NCBI GenBank assembly: GCA_964019335.1
Contig: OZ025649.1
Coordinates: 248,001-312,000 of the forward strand
Direction of reading: 5' to 3'
Source of the DNA: Diplonema japonicum
Lineage: Eukaryota; Protista; Euglenozoa: Diplonemea
DNA length: 64,000 bases
Positions 25,452 through 38,400 of this stretch are shown here, piece after piece (the first letter of the stretch is position 1; each line of letters begins with the position of its first letter). The translations under genes and the position numbers were made by a program. The notes under the pieces were generated by a model. The model saw only the letters and a list, made by a program, of their open reading frames with translations. It was not told the origin of the DNA and did not search any database.

Positions 25452-28400
25452 ATGCAGTCCAAAGGTAAACAAGCAAGCACACAGTTGTTTCAGAAGAGTC
25501 TGCCGGACTTGGTGAAGGGCATCCGAAAGCACAAAAAGAATGAACAGGAATTCATTCAGAAGTCGATCCAAGAGATAAAGGATGAGCTGAAGCACAGAGA
25601 CATCCATGTGAAAGTAATTGCAGTACAGAAGATGACGTACCTGCACATGATCGGGTACAACATGGAGTACGGCGCATTCACCATTGTTGAAGTCATGAGC
25701 AGCAGCGAGGACTTCTCTCACAAGCGAATTGGTTTCCTCGCTTGCGCGCAATGCTTTCACGACAAGGTTGAGATGGTTCAGATGATACCCAACTTGTTGA
25801 GAAATGCCCTGAAGTCTGCCAATCAATGGGAGCAGGGTGTGGCACTCAGTTGCCTCTCTAACATCTGCAACCCCGAGCTTGCTGAAATCCTCGTCTCCGA
25901 AGTGGCGAACCTGCTCTCTTCTCAGCGCCCTTACATCAGAAAGAAGTGTCTGCTCACCTTGTTCAAGATCTTCCTGCAGTACCCATCTGCGCTGCGCCCT
26001 TGCTTCCCTCGTATCAAAGAGAAGCTTGACGACCCTGACCCTTCCGTGACTGCGGCTGCTGTCAATGTGATATGCGAGCTTGCAAGGAAGAACCCCAAGA
26101 ACTACCTGGGCATGGCTCCTGTGTTCTTCAAGTTACTTTCGAATATTACAACAAACTGGACTCTCATCAAGATCGTTAAGGTGTTCAGTGCCCTGGCGCC
26201 CGAAGAACCGAGACTCCCCAGGAAGCTGGCAGAGCCGCTTATCAAAATCATCGATACCACCGCTGCCAAGAGTCTTCTTTACGAGGCGCTCATCACAGTT
26301 GCCTCTAACACGAAGTCCGATTCTAGCTTGATGAAGCTTACTGTCGAAAAGCTGCGGGAGTTCGTTCAGAACCCCGACCAGAACTTGAAGTACCTCGGTT
26401 TGAAGGGTTTGGCCAGGGTGATGGAGAACTCACCGCAGTTGCTCTTGAAAAGCAATGACATCATCATCGAGTGCCTTGGCGACGAGGATTTATCTATCAG
26501 GATGTGCGCCCTAGACCTTGTTGGTGGGTTGGTCTCGAAGAAGAATCTTCACAGCGTGATCGCGAAGATGCAGGAACAACTGACGATGAGGGACGACGAT
26601 GAATTCAGGAACACCATTGTGAAGTACATTGTCGACATCTGTAGGCAGCAGAACTACACCTTTGTCACAAACTTCGAATGGTACCTGCGTGTGCTGATGG
26701 ACTTGACACAGTCACACATTCAAAAGTTCGAGCATGGTGGCCTTCTCGAACAAGAGCTCATGACCGTGGTCATTCGTGTAAAGGCCGTGCGTGCCTTCGG
26801 TGTGAAGGCCATGTGCTCGCTCCTGTGCAACCCGATGATCTACCAGAAGGCTGAGAACAACAAGTCGACTCTGGCGAAGGTTTTGAAGGCTGCTGCCTAC
26901 CTGGCTTCGGAGTATGTCAAATTCGTGCCTAACAAGCAAGCTGTTATTTCGAGCCTGATGAGGAGGAGAACGCTGCCGCTGCCTGCCGATATCCAGACTG
27001 TCATCATTCAGGCCTCTCTCAAGATCTACGCTTATGTTGCGAACCCCTTAGAATACCTTGAGGAGCATTCCGACTCGGATAAGGACGGCTCGGACAGCGA
27101 AGACGATGAGTTGCCCGATGATGATACAAACCTGGAGGACATTGCAACGGAGCTGCTCCCCGACATGAAAGAGGACTCTGAGACTGAGGAAGAAGTTGAG
27201 GTGCAGGGTCTATCGATGTTCCTGTCTTCTTGTGATGTTGATGTTCACGAGCACGCCGCCTCGGTAAAGGCCCTTATTGAGTTGCACCAGAACCTTCTAA
27301 AGGAAGACACTGCTCCAGCACTTTCCGCTTTCTTCTCAGACCCGCTGCTCCCCGTGCGCGAGGGTGCACAGGCAACTGTAGATGTCTCGGCGGACCTTGA
27401 CACACCTATTTTCGACTATATTCCTGAGTACAGTGATGATGACAGCGAGTCCACAATGTCATCTTCGGACGGGAGCGAGTCGTCGGATGACTGGACCGCC
27501 AAGAAGAAGAAGAAGTCCAAGACCCAGATCAAACAGGAAGAAGAGGCAGACAGAAAGGCCAGGGAACTTGAGAAGATGAACAACCCGCACTACCTTCCGT
27601 CAAGCAGGCTGGACCCTGAAGCAGGCGTCGGCCTCCAACAAGCTGATGATTCAGAATTACCTCCTGTGGAGGACCTAGGCAGCCTGGGGATCACGGAGAT
27701 AGAGGGCAGCAACATGGGTACTAAAGGCTTCACGTCCAAGAAGACCAAGAAGAAGTCGAAGCACAAGATTATGCTGGAAGAGGACGCGCCTGAAGGGTAC
27801 GAAGAGAAACTCAAGAAGGAGAGGAAGGCAGCAAAAGAAAAGAAGCCCAACAACCCAGAGAGAGCAGAGATCTGGAACGAGCTCGACGTCGACCTGAACG
27901 GCCCCGTCAAGGAGGCACTCCCTACAGTATGTTACCTCAAGCAACAAACAACAACCTTCGCAAACAGATGAAGCCTTATCAGAGGAAGGAGGCAAGCGAC
28001 CTCATCAGGGAGGAAGCCCGCCGCAAGAAGAAAGAAGAGAAGAAGAACAAAAAGAAGAAGAAAGACGAGTCCAGCTCTGAGGAACAAGATGACGAACCGA
28101 AGAAGGAAAAGAAAAGCAAGAAGTCAAAAAAGAAGAAGGCGGAGTCAGACGAAGAAGAAGACGAGGAGGAAGTCAAAACGGAGAAATCCGAACCGCAAGG
28201 CGTGCAGATTATGTCGATGGTAGCAGAATGCAGCAGGAAGAAGAAGAAGAAGGGGAAACCAGCTTCTGTGGTTCTCGACGTGATGGTCAGCATTGTGAAC
28301 AACACAAAGGGCTCTCTTAGGGTATATCAACTATATCAACAACAACAAAAAAAAATCTTATTTCCAACAGAGCGTTTCTGTGAAGGTGAAGGACGATGAC

Positions 28401-29252
28401 GTAAAAGTGGAGGCGGGTGATGGGTTCAAATCCACGAAGGCGAACACTGTTAACCAAACAAGCGACGGGCACAGCATCAAGATAGCAAAGGGCGAGACCG
28501 CAGAAGTAGCGTTACAAGTTGAAGTTACAGACGCAGCACAGGTAATGGGAGTGGTCTCCTTCACAAGCAAGGATGTACCAGAAAGCCATGAAGTGGAGGT
28601 TGTCAAAGGGATGCTGGACTACCTGGGAGGGATGAAGAAAGCAAACAGAGAATTATTCTTCGACGTGATGGGTGAACTGAACCAAAAGGACAGTTCGACA
28701 GTGAAGGAGATTATTCAGTACGATGGTGATATGAAAGGGGTGCTCTCCACTCTGCAGGAGAAGTGCAAGTTAAAGGTTGTTGAAGTTCTCGATGATTGTG
28801 CGGCTTGTATGGGGACCCTTCTCACTCCTGCTGACAAGCACGAGGTCTGCCTTCTCCTCAAAGCTTCTGCTGACGACTCCATCTCCGCTGAGATCAAAAC
28901 CTCAGGCACTTACAATGATGCTACATCGCTTCTCTCCAGCCTCCTCTCTCTTCTAGGCACACCTGGTGATTCGCATGAGGGATACGAACGTGCAGCCTCT
29001 CCCATGAGATTCTTAAACGAACACTCACCCATCGACGAGAAGAAAGAGAAGAAAAAGAAGAAGGAAAAGGAAAGTAAAAAAGAAGGGAAAAAGAAAGACA
29101 AACAACCCCCCGCCCCGGAGGAGAAGAAGAAAAAAGAAAAAAAAGAGAAAAAAGACAAGAAATCCGAGAACGAGAAGAAACCAAAGAAAAAGGAAAGCGT
29201 GGCCGAGGAGAAAACAGAAGCGGTCGATTCCCTGGGCTTCTTGGACATGTAG
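25452..29252 (+). CDS. AP3D1: AP-3 adaptor complex delta subunit
   Basis: LFQKSLPDLVKGIR start, KRIGFLAC, LARKNPKNYL, NWTLIKIVK, DQNLKYLGL and NFEWY are typical of delta-adaptin. Introns 27927-27967 and 28322-28370 restore the frame through the hinge/ear region. Confidence 0.93.
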
Positions 29253-29705
29253 GAGATCCTTAAAGAGTGTGATTTACTTTTCTTTTTTTTTTTTTTTTTT
29301 TTTTTTGCCAGTGTCGAGACGTTACTTTCCCCCCCCCCCCCTTTTTTTGTGCCATTCCGGGTTAGTACTCTGCTGTTTCAAAATATATTTTTTATATTTT
29401 TTATTTTATTGTCCTCAACCATCCCAGACATGTCTGCGCTGTACACTCTTCTTCTTCTTCTTTGTCCGCGAACGACTTTTTTCTTTCTTTTTATTTTTTT
29501 TTATTTTGTTACTTACAAATCTTTCCTTTTACGCAGAAAATGAGAAGAAAAAAAAGAAAAAAAAAAAAGAAACACCGTCTCTTCCTCTCCTGATTCTTGC
29601 TATCCGCGCTGTTGCTTCCCTGTAGTGTGTGTTTTTTTTTTCTTTTTTTGTTGTTGTAAAGAACATGATTGCAAAGGGGAAGAAAAAGAAAGAAAGAAAA
29701 GGAAA

Positions 29706-29737
<32 letters not shown>

Positions 29738-29997
29738 AAAAAAAAAAAACCAAAATCCAAAAGGGAAAAAAAAAAAAAAAAAAAAACGAAAAAAGAAAAG
29801 GAAAAAAAGTCCCCCAAAAATGGAAATACAGGTTCTACATCTCTGTGTTTTTTTTTTTATCTGATAGCTTATTCAAAAGTGTATTGGTACCCCTCTTTTC
29901 TTTCTCTTTGCCCCCCTCCCTTTCCCCGTCTTATTCGTTCATTGATGTAGCTCCTTTTACTTGTATTGCAGGGGGTGACAAGCGAGCGCCTCTAAAC

Positions 29998-30591
29998 ATG
30001 ACCACGGAATTCATTGATGAGCTGCAGGACTTTTTTGATACCCTTGATACCCCTAAGCCGGTAGCTCTGGGGGATACGCCCCTTGCCTTGCCTGCACCAT
30101 CGGCAATGCAACCTTCACCTGACACAACCATCTCCCACCCCACACCCTCCTCTTCTATCCCGGCCGTCGTACCCGCTGCACTGGCCCCGCAGGCGCAAGC
30201 TGGCCAAGTGCAACAGCCACAATCCGAGATGCAGCAGTCTGTATTGCCCCACTTCCAACCTCCGCTCGGCGTTCAACAACCGCCTTCACCAGCTCAGACA
30301 CTACCACCACCGCCGCCACCACCACCGATGCCACAAGCACTTGCTGTGCAACCACCGGAAGCACACTTAATACCCACAACGCACGCAGGGGTCGTGCCGC
30401 AGGTGCAGGCACCACCCGTGACACCACCTTCAATGCAAGCGTCTCCCGTAGTGCAGATGTCACCTAGACAGTCACAACCCACTGTCGAAGTGCAAGTAGC
30501 CACCCCGCAGCCTCATCTATTTTCGCCGGTTAAACAAGAACCGCTCGCAGCGCAGGCGTCACCACCTCAACAACCCGTTCTGCAGTCGGGA

Positions 30592-30623
<32 letters not shown>

Positions 30624-31776
30624 TACCCCGCAGCAAAACCAGGTCGCTCACCTGCCGCAGACACCAAGCCCTGCGTCACAGCGGCCCCTTGTTGAGCAGC
30701 CCCCTGCTGAGCAGCAACATGACATGCTCTCCGCGGGAGTGGTCGGCAACATCATCCAAGAGATGAGAACAGAAGTCAAGAATGAGATAGGCACGCTGAC
30801 AATGATGCTTAACAGCAGAATAGGCGGCTTAGAGCGTTTGATGCAACAGGTTCTGGCACATCAAAAGGTGCTTCTCTCGCAACAGCAACAGCAACAACAA
30901 CAACAGCAGCAGCAACAGCAACAGCAGCACCGGCAACAAGAACAACAGCAGCAGCAACAACAACAACAACAATACCAACAGCAACAACAGCAACAGGAAC
31001 AGCAACAGCAACAACAGCAGCAGCAACAGGAACATCAACAGCAGCAACAACAGTTAGTAGCCACTGCAGCTGTTCCTCAGATGGCAGAGCAGTCGGCTGT
31101 ACAGCAGCTTATGGCGATCGACCCTGCTGCGCAGCACCCGATGGCACAACCGCCCACACCTGTAAAGCATGTTAAGGTGCAGCATCCACAGTCCGCACAT
31201 GGCGCGCACCCGATGCAGGTGGCACACCCGATGGTGCAGGTGGCGTCCACAGTGCAGGAAGCGGAGCAGTCCCAGGGACTTTCTGCCTCGCCACCTGTGT
31301 CACCAGCTTCGCAGAGGAGGAACGAGGAAGTGAAGGGGAAGAAGGCCGTTGCATTCAACTTGAACAGAAACGAGTACTCGTCGTACTACGGCACGCTGGA
31401 GGCAGAGGCCAAGGGCGAGCCGCTCACGCAGGAAGACAAAGACAGGATGATGGCGGAGGAGCTGCAGAAGATCTTTTCGGACGAAGCGCATGGCGTGGAG
31501 GAAGGGCACGGCATACGGCATACCAGAAAGAAGAAGTCAAGGAGGCCGAAGTCACAGGTGGCCTCCGACGAGGAGTACGCCTTGCAACTGCAGCGTGAAG
31601 TGGACAGCTCTGTGTTGGAGGGTGTGGCTCCCGCAGAGTGCTCTGCAGCAGAAGTGATTCCTCAGCAAGTTGCCGCGCCTGCTTCCAACCACCCAACATC
31701 AAAAAGGAGCAACACAGCCAACCCACCCCGCAGCAACTGGGGAATGAGCATAAAGGGTCTCTTTGGTACTACATAA
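29998..31776 (+). CDS. Low-complexity Q/P-rich protein with short coiled coil and two MIU/UIM-like helices
   Basis: ATG at 29998 follows a TTGCAG acceptor (29970-29971); the upstream part of the track ORF is translated poly-A/T. Contains a poly-Q tract and the motifs EDKDRMMAEELQK and SDEEYALQLQRE. Confidence 0.7.
30880..31053 (+). repeat. CAG/CAA trinucleotide repeat (coding poly-Q)
   Basis: Interrupted CAR repeat read directly in the sequence. Confidence 0.9.
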
Positions 31777-31954
31777 AGCGCTCCCTTTCTCTTAAAATAT
31801 TTGTCATTAACAAAAGAGAGGGGAGAAGGAAACAAAAAAAGACCGAATTTCCCCCACTCTCCCTCTCGTTAATTTTATTATTTCGCTCTTTCCTTTAACC
31901 CTGATGCATATCGCGGCAATTTTGCGATTTTGATTCCGACGATGAGGGGGGGTA

Positions 31955-32396
31955 GGGGGGGTCATAAGGGGGTCGTTTTTTGCCCTTTTTCAGGCTCTTC
32001 GCCAAGGGCATTTTGGGCCCTTAAAAAAAACGGTAACCACCCCAAAAGTGCCCACAAATCACCCAAACCCCCGTTTCCCGATGGTTTCCGGCCCCAGAAG
32101 TGCCCAGAATCATGTTCTAATTTTGGGGCCCCCGTTTGGTACTTTCCCTATGTAATCCTAAGGAACATAAAATAGGGGCCCCTAGGATTACATAGGGCAA
32201 GTACCAAACGGGGGCCCCAAAATTAGAACATGATTCTGGGCACTTCTGGGGCCGGAAACCATCGGGCGACGGGGGTTTGGGTGATTTGTGGGCACTTTTG
32301 GGGTGGTTACAGTTTTTTTAAGGGTCCAAAATGCCCTTGGCGAAGAGCCTGAAAAGGGCAAAAAGTGGCCCTTCTTAAGGACCATATGACCCCCCC
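31955..32396. mobile_element. Foldback/MITE-like element with long inverted arms, flanked by TA
   Basis: Left arm (~31955-32160) is the near-perfect reverse complement of the right arm (32183-32396), with a 22-nt spacer. Termini GGGGGGGTCATA...TATGACCCCCCC; TA at 31953-31954 and 32397-32398. Confidence 0.8.
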
Positions 32397-32398
32397 TA

Positions 32399-32585
32399 GG
32401 GCTATGCTGGCATGGAAACGCGTTTCCATGCATTTTTTGAAAAAAAGGGAAACGGATACGGAAACGGAAACGTTTCCTTATGTTTCCTTAAGAAGGAAGC
32501 CGTTTCCATAAGAATTTTGAAAAGTATGGAAACGGAAACGGTAACGGAAACGGAAACGTTTCCACGTTTCCTGCCAGCATAGCCC
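32399..32585. mobile_element. 187-bp MITE with perfect 14-bp TIR GGGCTATGCTGGCA and TA target duplication
   Basis: TIRs at 32399-32412 and 32572-32585; TA at 32397-32398 and 32586-32587; internal GGAAAC/GTTTCC repeats. Confidence 0.8.
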
Positions 32586-32856
32586 TAGGGGGGGGGGGGG
32601 GGGGGGGGGGCAGCATGTAACCGTATATGGACAAAAAAAAAAAGAAAAAAGTGGAAAAAAAAAGAAACACGTTTTTATTCTTTTTTTTTTCTCCCCCGCT
32701 TCAAAATGCACTTTAATGCACCGTGGTGCGTCAGGTTAAGAGAAAAAAAAAAATACCCTTTACTTTCGTTCTTTGCCCCTCCCTTAAGGTAGCTAACTCC
32801 CCCATCTGTTTCACCCTTTGATTATGGTTTTTTTGTTTTCTTTTTCTTTCTTCATG

Positions 32857-33271
32857 AGCTCGCCCGTGGGGAAAATGTTCACAAATTGTACAAAAAGACC
32901 ATTGGCAGCGCAGTTTTGTTGTTGATTTCTAATTACAGGTTATACAGGATTTGTCAATTACTGATATGGTGTACCTTTTTTTTTAACAGTTCTGCAAATT
33001 TGGGGAGGGGGAAGAAACGAAAAGAAGCGCGAAGTTTGGAAAAAGAAATTGTCAGAACCACAATTTCAAAATACAAATAATAGAGGATTTCATAGCTTTT
33101 CAGGGGAATGGGGCCACTACACTCTAAAAGAAAAAGAGAAGAAAAGAAGAAACAGGTTTTTTTTTTTTTTTTTTTTTTTTTCGCGCAAGTGCGTTTTAAA
33201 AGTAAACAACGGCGTGCATGCCACCTGCTGCATGCAATCTCTTTTCACGACATTTTCCCCCCGGGCAAGCT
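32857..33271. mobile_element. Degenerate MITE-like element with ~22-bp imperfect TIRs
   Basis: AGCTCGCCCGTGGGGAAAATGT (32857-32878) versus ACATTTTCCCCCCGGGCAAGCT (33250-33271), 2 mismatches; flanks TG and TA. Confidence 0.5.
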
Positions 33272-33528
33272 TATTTTTTTTTGTTCCCCCTTGACAGTAG
33301 GCACCCCAACGCACAGCTGTGTGGCCCTGATGTGGTTGTATATATTTCTTTTTATTATGTTTGGTCGCTTGTTGCAACAGTCCCCCCCCCCCCCTCCCCC
33401 CGTTGAATCTTTTCCCCCGTTTCTCTTTTTCCTTTATTCCCCCCCCCCTTCCCCCCTTCCCCATCACCCTCTTTTTTTCCCTTTTTTTTCTCTTCAGAAT
33501 TTAAGATTTTTACTGCAGACAGCCGGCG

Positions 33529-33575
33529 GGAGCCTTTGATTGAGCAACGCCTCGAAAACGGACTGCTCCAGATAA
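33529..33575 (+). ncRNA. Candidate single-hairpin AGA-box (H/ACA-like) snoRNA
   Basis: Basal stem GGAGC/GCTCC, internal pocket, upper stem TTGAG/CTCGA, and AGA at 33570-33572, 14 nt from the upper stem. Short for the class. Confidence 0.3.
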
Positions 33576-33977
33576 GGTGGGAACGCAAGGGAAAGCAATA
33601 ACAATAAAAAAAAGAAGAATTTTTACAATTCTCTTTCTGTGAACACAGAAACAGAGAAAGGTGGAGGGGGGGGGTGAGAAAAGGAGAGAACCTGAACCTA
33701 TAAAAATAAGTACAAAATAAATTTCTACATAACACACCCTCCCCCCCTCCCCCTTGACCGTGCAAGTAACGACCAGTTCCCTCTCTTCCACTGCGTCTTT
33801 TTTTCGTATTTTTTTTTCTTCTTGTTGATGCAACCTAACTATGTCATTCCCCTTTCCCACCATAGTGTGTCCACCCTTACCTCTAATGTCTGCCCTTTGT
33901 TCATTCTTATTTTTTTTTTCTCCCAACATTTTCTTCCGTACGAACGACCACCCTTCAGTTCCCTCTAAAGGGTGACC

Positions 33978-35351
33978 ATGAACAACGTAAGGAAGTCAGT
34001 GGTGCAGGCACAAAGGAGGTATTTTCGGCCACAGGGTATCGCCATCCCCGATGAGCACATGCCCCCTTTGGAGGGCACACAGCAGTTCGACGACGAGGTC
34101 AATGATTACTATTCACTGAAGCTGAATCAGAGTTTTTGGACAAAGCAGCTGCACGCGAGGTTCATGAGCGAGGACACGCGGGAGGCGGTAAGGAAACGGA
34201 CGCACGGGAAGCAGGCGAGGTTCGACAGCATCAAGCTCTTCACGGTGCATGAGAGCGAGCAGCAGGGCGACGTCACAAAGAAAGCCGCCACACTGCTCAC
34301 CAAGCGGTTCAACGAACCCGCACCGCCGAAGGCCATCTTCAAGCAAGGCGACAGGATCCTCCCCGCCTCCGGCCCCATGAAGCACCAGCCTGCCACTGTC
34401 CTCGGTTACCGTGACTCCCTCCTCTGGCTGCAGTACGACGTGCATGACCACCCTCTCCCACTGCACCCCTCTGCCTTCGTCAAGGGTTGGTCCCTCCTCT
34501 CCCGCGTGGACATCACAGGCGACCTCCCCGACGTCAGCGATGCCCACGTCACTCTCACAGCAGGCGCACCTGTCGCCATGCGGAAGTCCAAAGCATCCGC
34601 AGACGATGAGGACCTCAAGGTATGCACATGACAGCGCACACACCTTCCTTAGGAAGCAGCGGCAGCTCAAATGGAACAAGTCACCGAAACATCCAAAGCA
34701 GAGAATGAGGCGGTTAAAGTGGAGGAGACCACGAAGGAAGAGGCGAAGATAGAGGAGGCTCAGCCCAAAGCGGAAGAGCTCAAGAGCGAAGAACCGAAAG
34801 CAGAGGAGACTGAACCCAAAGCTGAAGAATCCAAAGGTGAAGAACCGAAAGTAGAGGTTGAACCCAGAGTTGAAGAACCCAAGATTGAACCTAAAGTAGA
34901 GGAGACCGAGCCCAAGGCGGAAGAACCCAAAATTGAAGAATCTAAAGCCGAAGAACCAAAGGGTGAGGAACCGAAGTCAGAAGAGCCCAAAGTTGACGAG
35001 CTTATAACAGAAGTGCAAGAAGCCAAGGAACCCAAAGTGGAAGAGGAAGTGAAAGGACTTAAAACAGAGGCTCCTAAGCCAGAATCTGAAGCGGAGGAGT
35101 CAAAGGCAGAAGAACCCAAGACAGAAGGGTCCGAAGCTGAAGAAACAAAAGCTGAAGAGCCCACGACGGAACAGGCAAAGGTTGGAGAGGAGCCCAACGT
35201 GGGAGAGACCAAGGACCAGTCTCTCGAATCTCGGACGAGCGATATGCCCAAGGCAGAGGCTGGCTCTGAGGAGGCGGCAGCCACAAAGACCGAAGAACCG
35301 CCAACTGCTGACCAACCCAAAGACAGCGAGGCCGACACGAAAGACAAGTAA
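33978..35351 (+). CDS. Hypothetical protein, probable mitochondrial presequence, with EEPK-type repeat tail
   Basis: N-terminus MNNVRKSVVQAQRRYF. A 33-nt intron (34620-34652, contains the stop) joins ORF 33972 to ORF 34671 in frame. Confidence 0.75.
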
Positions 35352-35461
35352 ACCCATCACTGGTCTAGATCATATGTTTATTAAGTCCGTTCCGTCAGTG
35401 TTTAGTGTTCACTTTTTTGTTTCTTAGCACTTTGCATACCTGTTAAAGTCACTCAGGGACC

Positions 35462-38400
35462 ATGAAGCAAGGGGCGGCGTTGCTGCTCCTACTGATTGTG
35501 CGGTCTCAAGCAGTAGAATTAAAAAATGAAGTCGTGTCTTTGTGGTACAGTGAAGGTGAGGTAGGCAAAGGGTGCGTGAGAGGTAATGGGACTAAGGAGC
35601 TGGAAGAGTGCAAGGGGAGCATGACCTTGGGTGTGATGGGGAGAATGCCGCTGCAGGAGGGTACCGTGGTGTACTTGAGGGGGTTAGAGGACTCATACAA
35701 CCTAGTCGAGTGCGCCACGCTGCAGATTATTAACGCGTTCATCACGTGCAAGATAAGAGAAGTAGCAGTAACGGGAACTTATAGAGTTCTGCTAGGGACT
35801 GACCCCCAGGAAGCTTTCATCACCTTCACTCCTGGCACTGCAGTGCACAAACTCATTTACGACAGTCAGCACTGTGTCCCCTTGTCCCCCGCACCTGCAT
35901 GTGAACCGGGATCCATCATTGCCTTCAAAGGCACCGGTCTCCAAAACGTGAAAAAAGTCAGCTTAAAACCAGCATGCGGAGAACCTGGATGGTGCACGAT
36001 CTTGCACGCCACTCAAACAAGAATCACCTGTAGAATGGAGTACTCCCTTGCCGACGGTGAAGGGGCCAGCAACTGTGAACCTGTGTTGCCAGTCGTTGAC
36101 GTCACGCTCTCCACAGGCAACTCGGTCATCGAGATACCACAAAACATAGCAGTGCTGGGCCCTCCACAGATTGCGAAACTAGGGTACGACACGGGGTGCA
36201 ACGGGGCGATGGGCGTCCACATTGATGGCTGCCGGCCAAATACTGTTGTTACCATCCTGGGCAGTTTCCTTTCGATAGGTGATGGAAGCAGCGTGGTCAC
36301 CCTGAGTGGCAGGACTGGGACAGCAAACTGCACAGTGCTGGCATCATCTTTCGGGAGGATCCAGTGTCTGCTCGAGACATCGTCAGCAGGCACCTTTTTC
36401 TTATATGTGATCTCGGCTGGTGGCAGGAGCGAGGAACTAGCTACGCTGTCCACCTCGTCTCTTCCTGCAGTCACTTCTTTGTCGGTGGAGTCAGGTTGCA
36501 CGGGGGGCAACAACACACTTGGGTTGCTTTCGTGTGCTAACGGCACTGTTATGTCGTTCCATGGGCAAGGTTTGGAGGGGAACGTTCAGGTAGAGTTTAA
36601 CAGCAACGAAGACGAATGCAGGTGCCAGGTAGTGTCGCTACTCCCTGTGCCGTCGTGCATGTTGTTATGTTCAGAGCGAACCACTAAAGTAGTTCTGAGA
36701 GCTATTGTACGCGTGTCGGGCATCAGAACAAAAGAGGATGTGACTGTGGAGTACGTTGAGCCCCCGAAGGTGAACGGGGTGTCGGGGCCGTGCGGGGGGA
36801 ACAAGGATACAAGAGGCCAGATCTCACTGTTTGGGTGCAAAAATACGCAACTCATCACAGTGCACGGCAGAGGATTCTACTCCTCGTCGACTGTTCATCT
36901 TGTGAGCATGTTCCTGGGTGCAGACAGGCCAGAGACAATCGAGACGCACCCGAGCCTGAACGAGACGTGGTGCCATGTGCAGGCAAACCTCAGCACAGCG
37001 TCACAGTTGATCTGCCAGCTGAGCTACCTCAACCTGCCGAAACCCGATGTCGACCTCTACGCAGTGGTGGTCCGCTCTTTAGGTGGGTTCTCTGAGACCT
37101 TCCTTGATGCAACATCAAAAAGCATCCCATTGATTACCTTGGAGCCTCAGCCGTCCATACAAAGCATCGTGGGGTGCATCAGGCCACACGAGACTTTGCT
37201 AGAAGTCTGTGTCATGAAAGACAGAGGTTTGCTCAGCATCCAGGGGAACGGCTTCAGAAAAGGTGCCAGTATGGTGGAGTTCAACAAGGCGCCTGTAAAA
37301 GCGAAGAAGGAAGTCGACGACGTTGATGCACAGACGGACGGCGCACTGCAAGAGATCCAAGGCCTCATCGAAGGCGCGAAGAGCAGCGTCTTTAAAGAGA
37401 ATGAGCCCATACCTCTGTGCTCCATACAGCTGTCGTCCCCTACCTTCATCAGCTGCACAATTGAGTCGAAGGAAGCCTACGGGAGCTACGACGTGAGGGT
37501 AGTCGCCCCAGGTGGCGTCTTCAGCGTCCCTGAAGGAGTCACCATTCTGCAGAAGCCAATTATTGCAGCTGTAACAGGGTGCTTGGGGAACGAAGACCCG
37601 AAGGGGTTAAGACAGCAAGTGGTGGTGCAGGATGGCGGATGGGAGAATGCTGTGGCTATGATGGGGATGCAGAAACGCACGCAGCAGACGTGTAGGAACG
37701 GAGACGCCATCACTATCACGGGGAGTGGCTTTGGGGACAACACAAAAGCAAACGTCAGCATCAGCAGCAACATCAACACGCAGCTGGTGAACTTCACAAC
37801 GACCGCCGTCACCGACGAGATGATCATCATCCAGCTCAACCATGGCAAGCTCAGAGGCGAGCACAAGATTGCTGTCCACACTGAAGGCGGCGACGAGGTG
37901 TACTCCAATAGCATCGACCTCGTCCCCAACCCTGCTGTCCACACGCTTGTCAGTATCGACTGTTTCACGCACAAGACGACTGGCATCGAGTGCAAGTCTG
38001 GCAGTATCATAGAACTCCTTGGCGACAGCTTTAACGACCTGCAGGCTGTCAAGCTGGTGAAGACCGACAACCAGTCCGTGATGGCACCCTGCGTCATCAT
38101 GAATGCCACAGACGCAAAGATTCGCTGCAGGGTGAAGCACTCGTACGAGTCGGGGCGTTTTTACCCCAAAGTTGTGACCACAGGAGGCTCCGCAGCTCAC
38201 AGCACGATGCTCAACCTGATCCCATTGCCCAGGATACGCAGCATAGTGTACAAGGCAGCGGGGCATTGCAGGGAAGGTAACAACACACGTGCCGTGTCGG
38301 GGTGCATGTCGGGCACCACGCTGACCATCGTGGGCGATAATTTCGGTTCGAACCCCGTCGTGACGCTTAAGGCGGGGGGTGCAGGGGGTAAGAACGGCCC

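Noticed and set aside
29629-29997. Poly-Lys N-terminal extension of the 715-aa ORF (and similar poly-K/poly-F ORFs in spacers)
   Set aside because: Translated poly-A/poly-T intergenic tracts upstream of the AG acceptor.
31930-32433. Two similar 81-aa ORFs on opposite strands
   Set aside because: By-product of the foldback palindrome; no transposase motifs.
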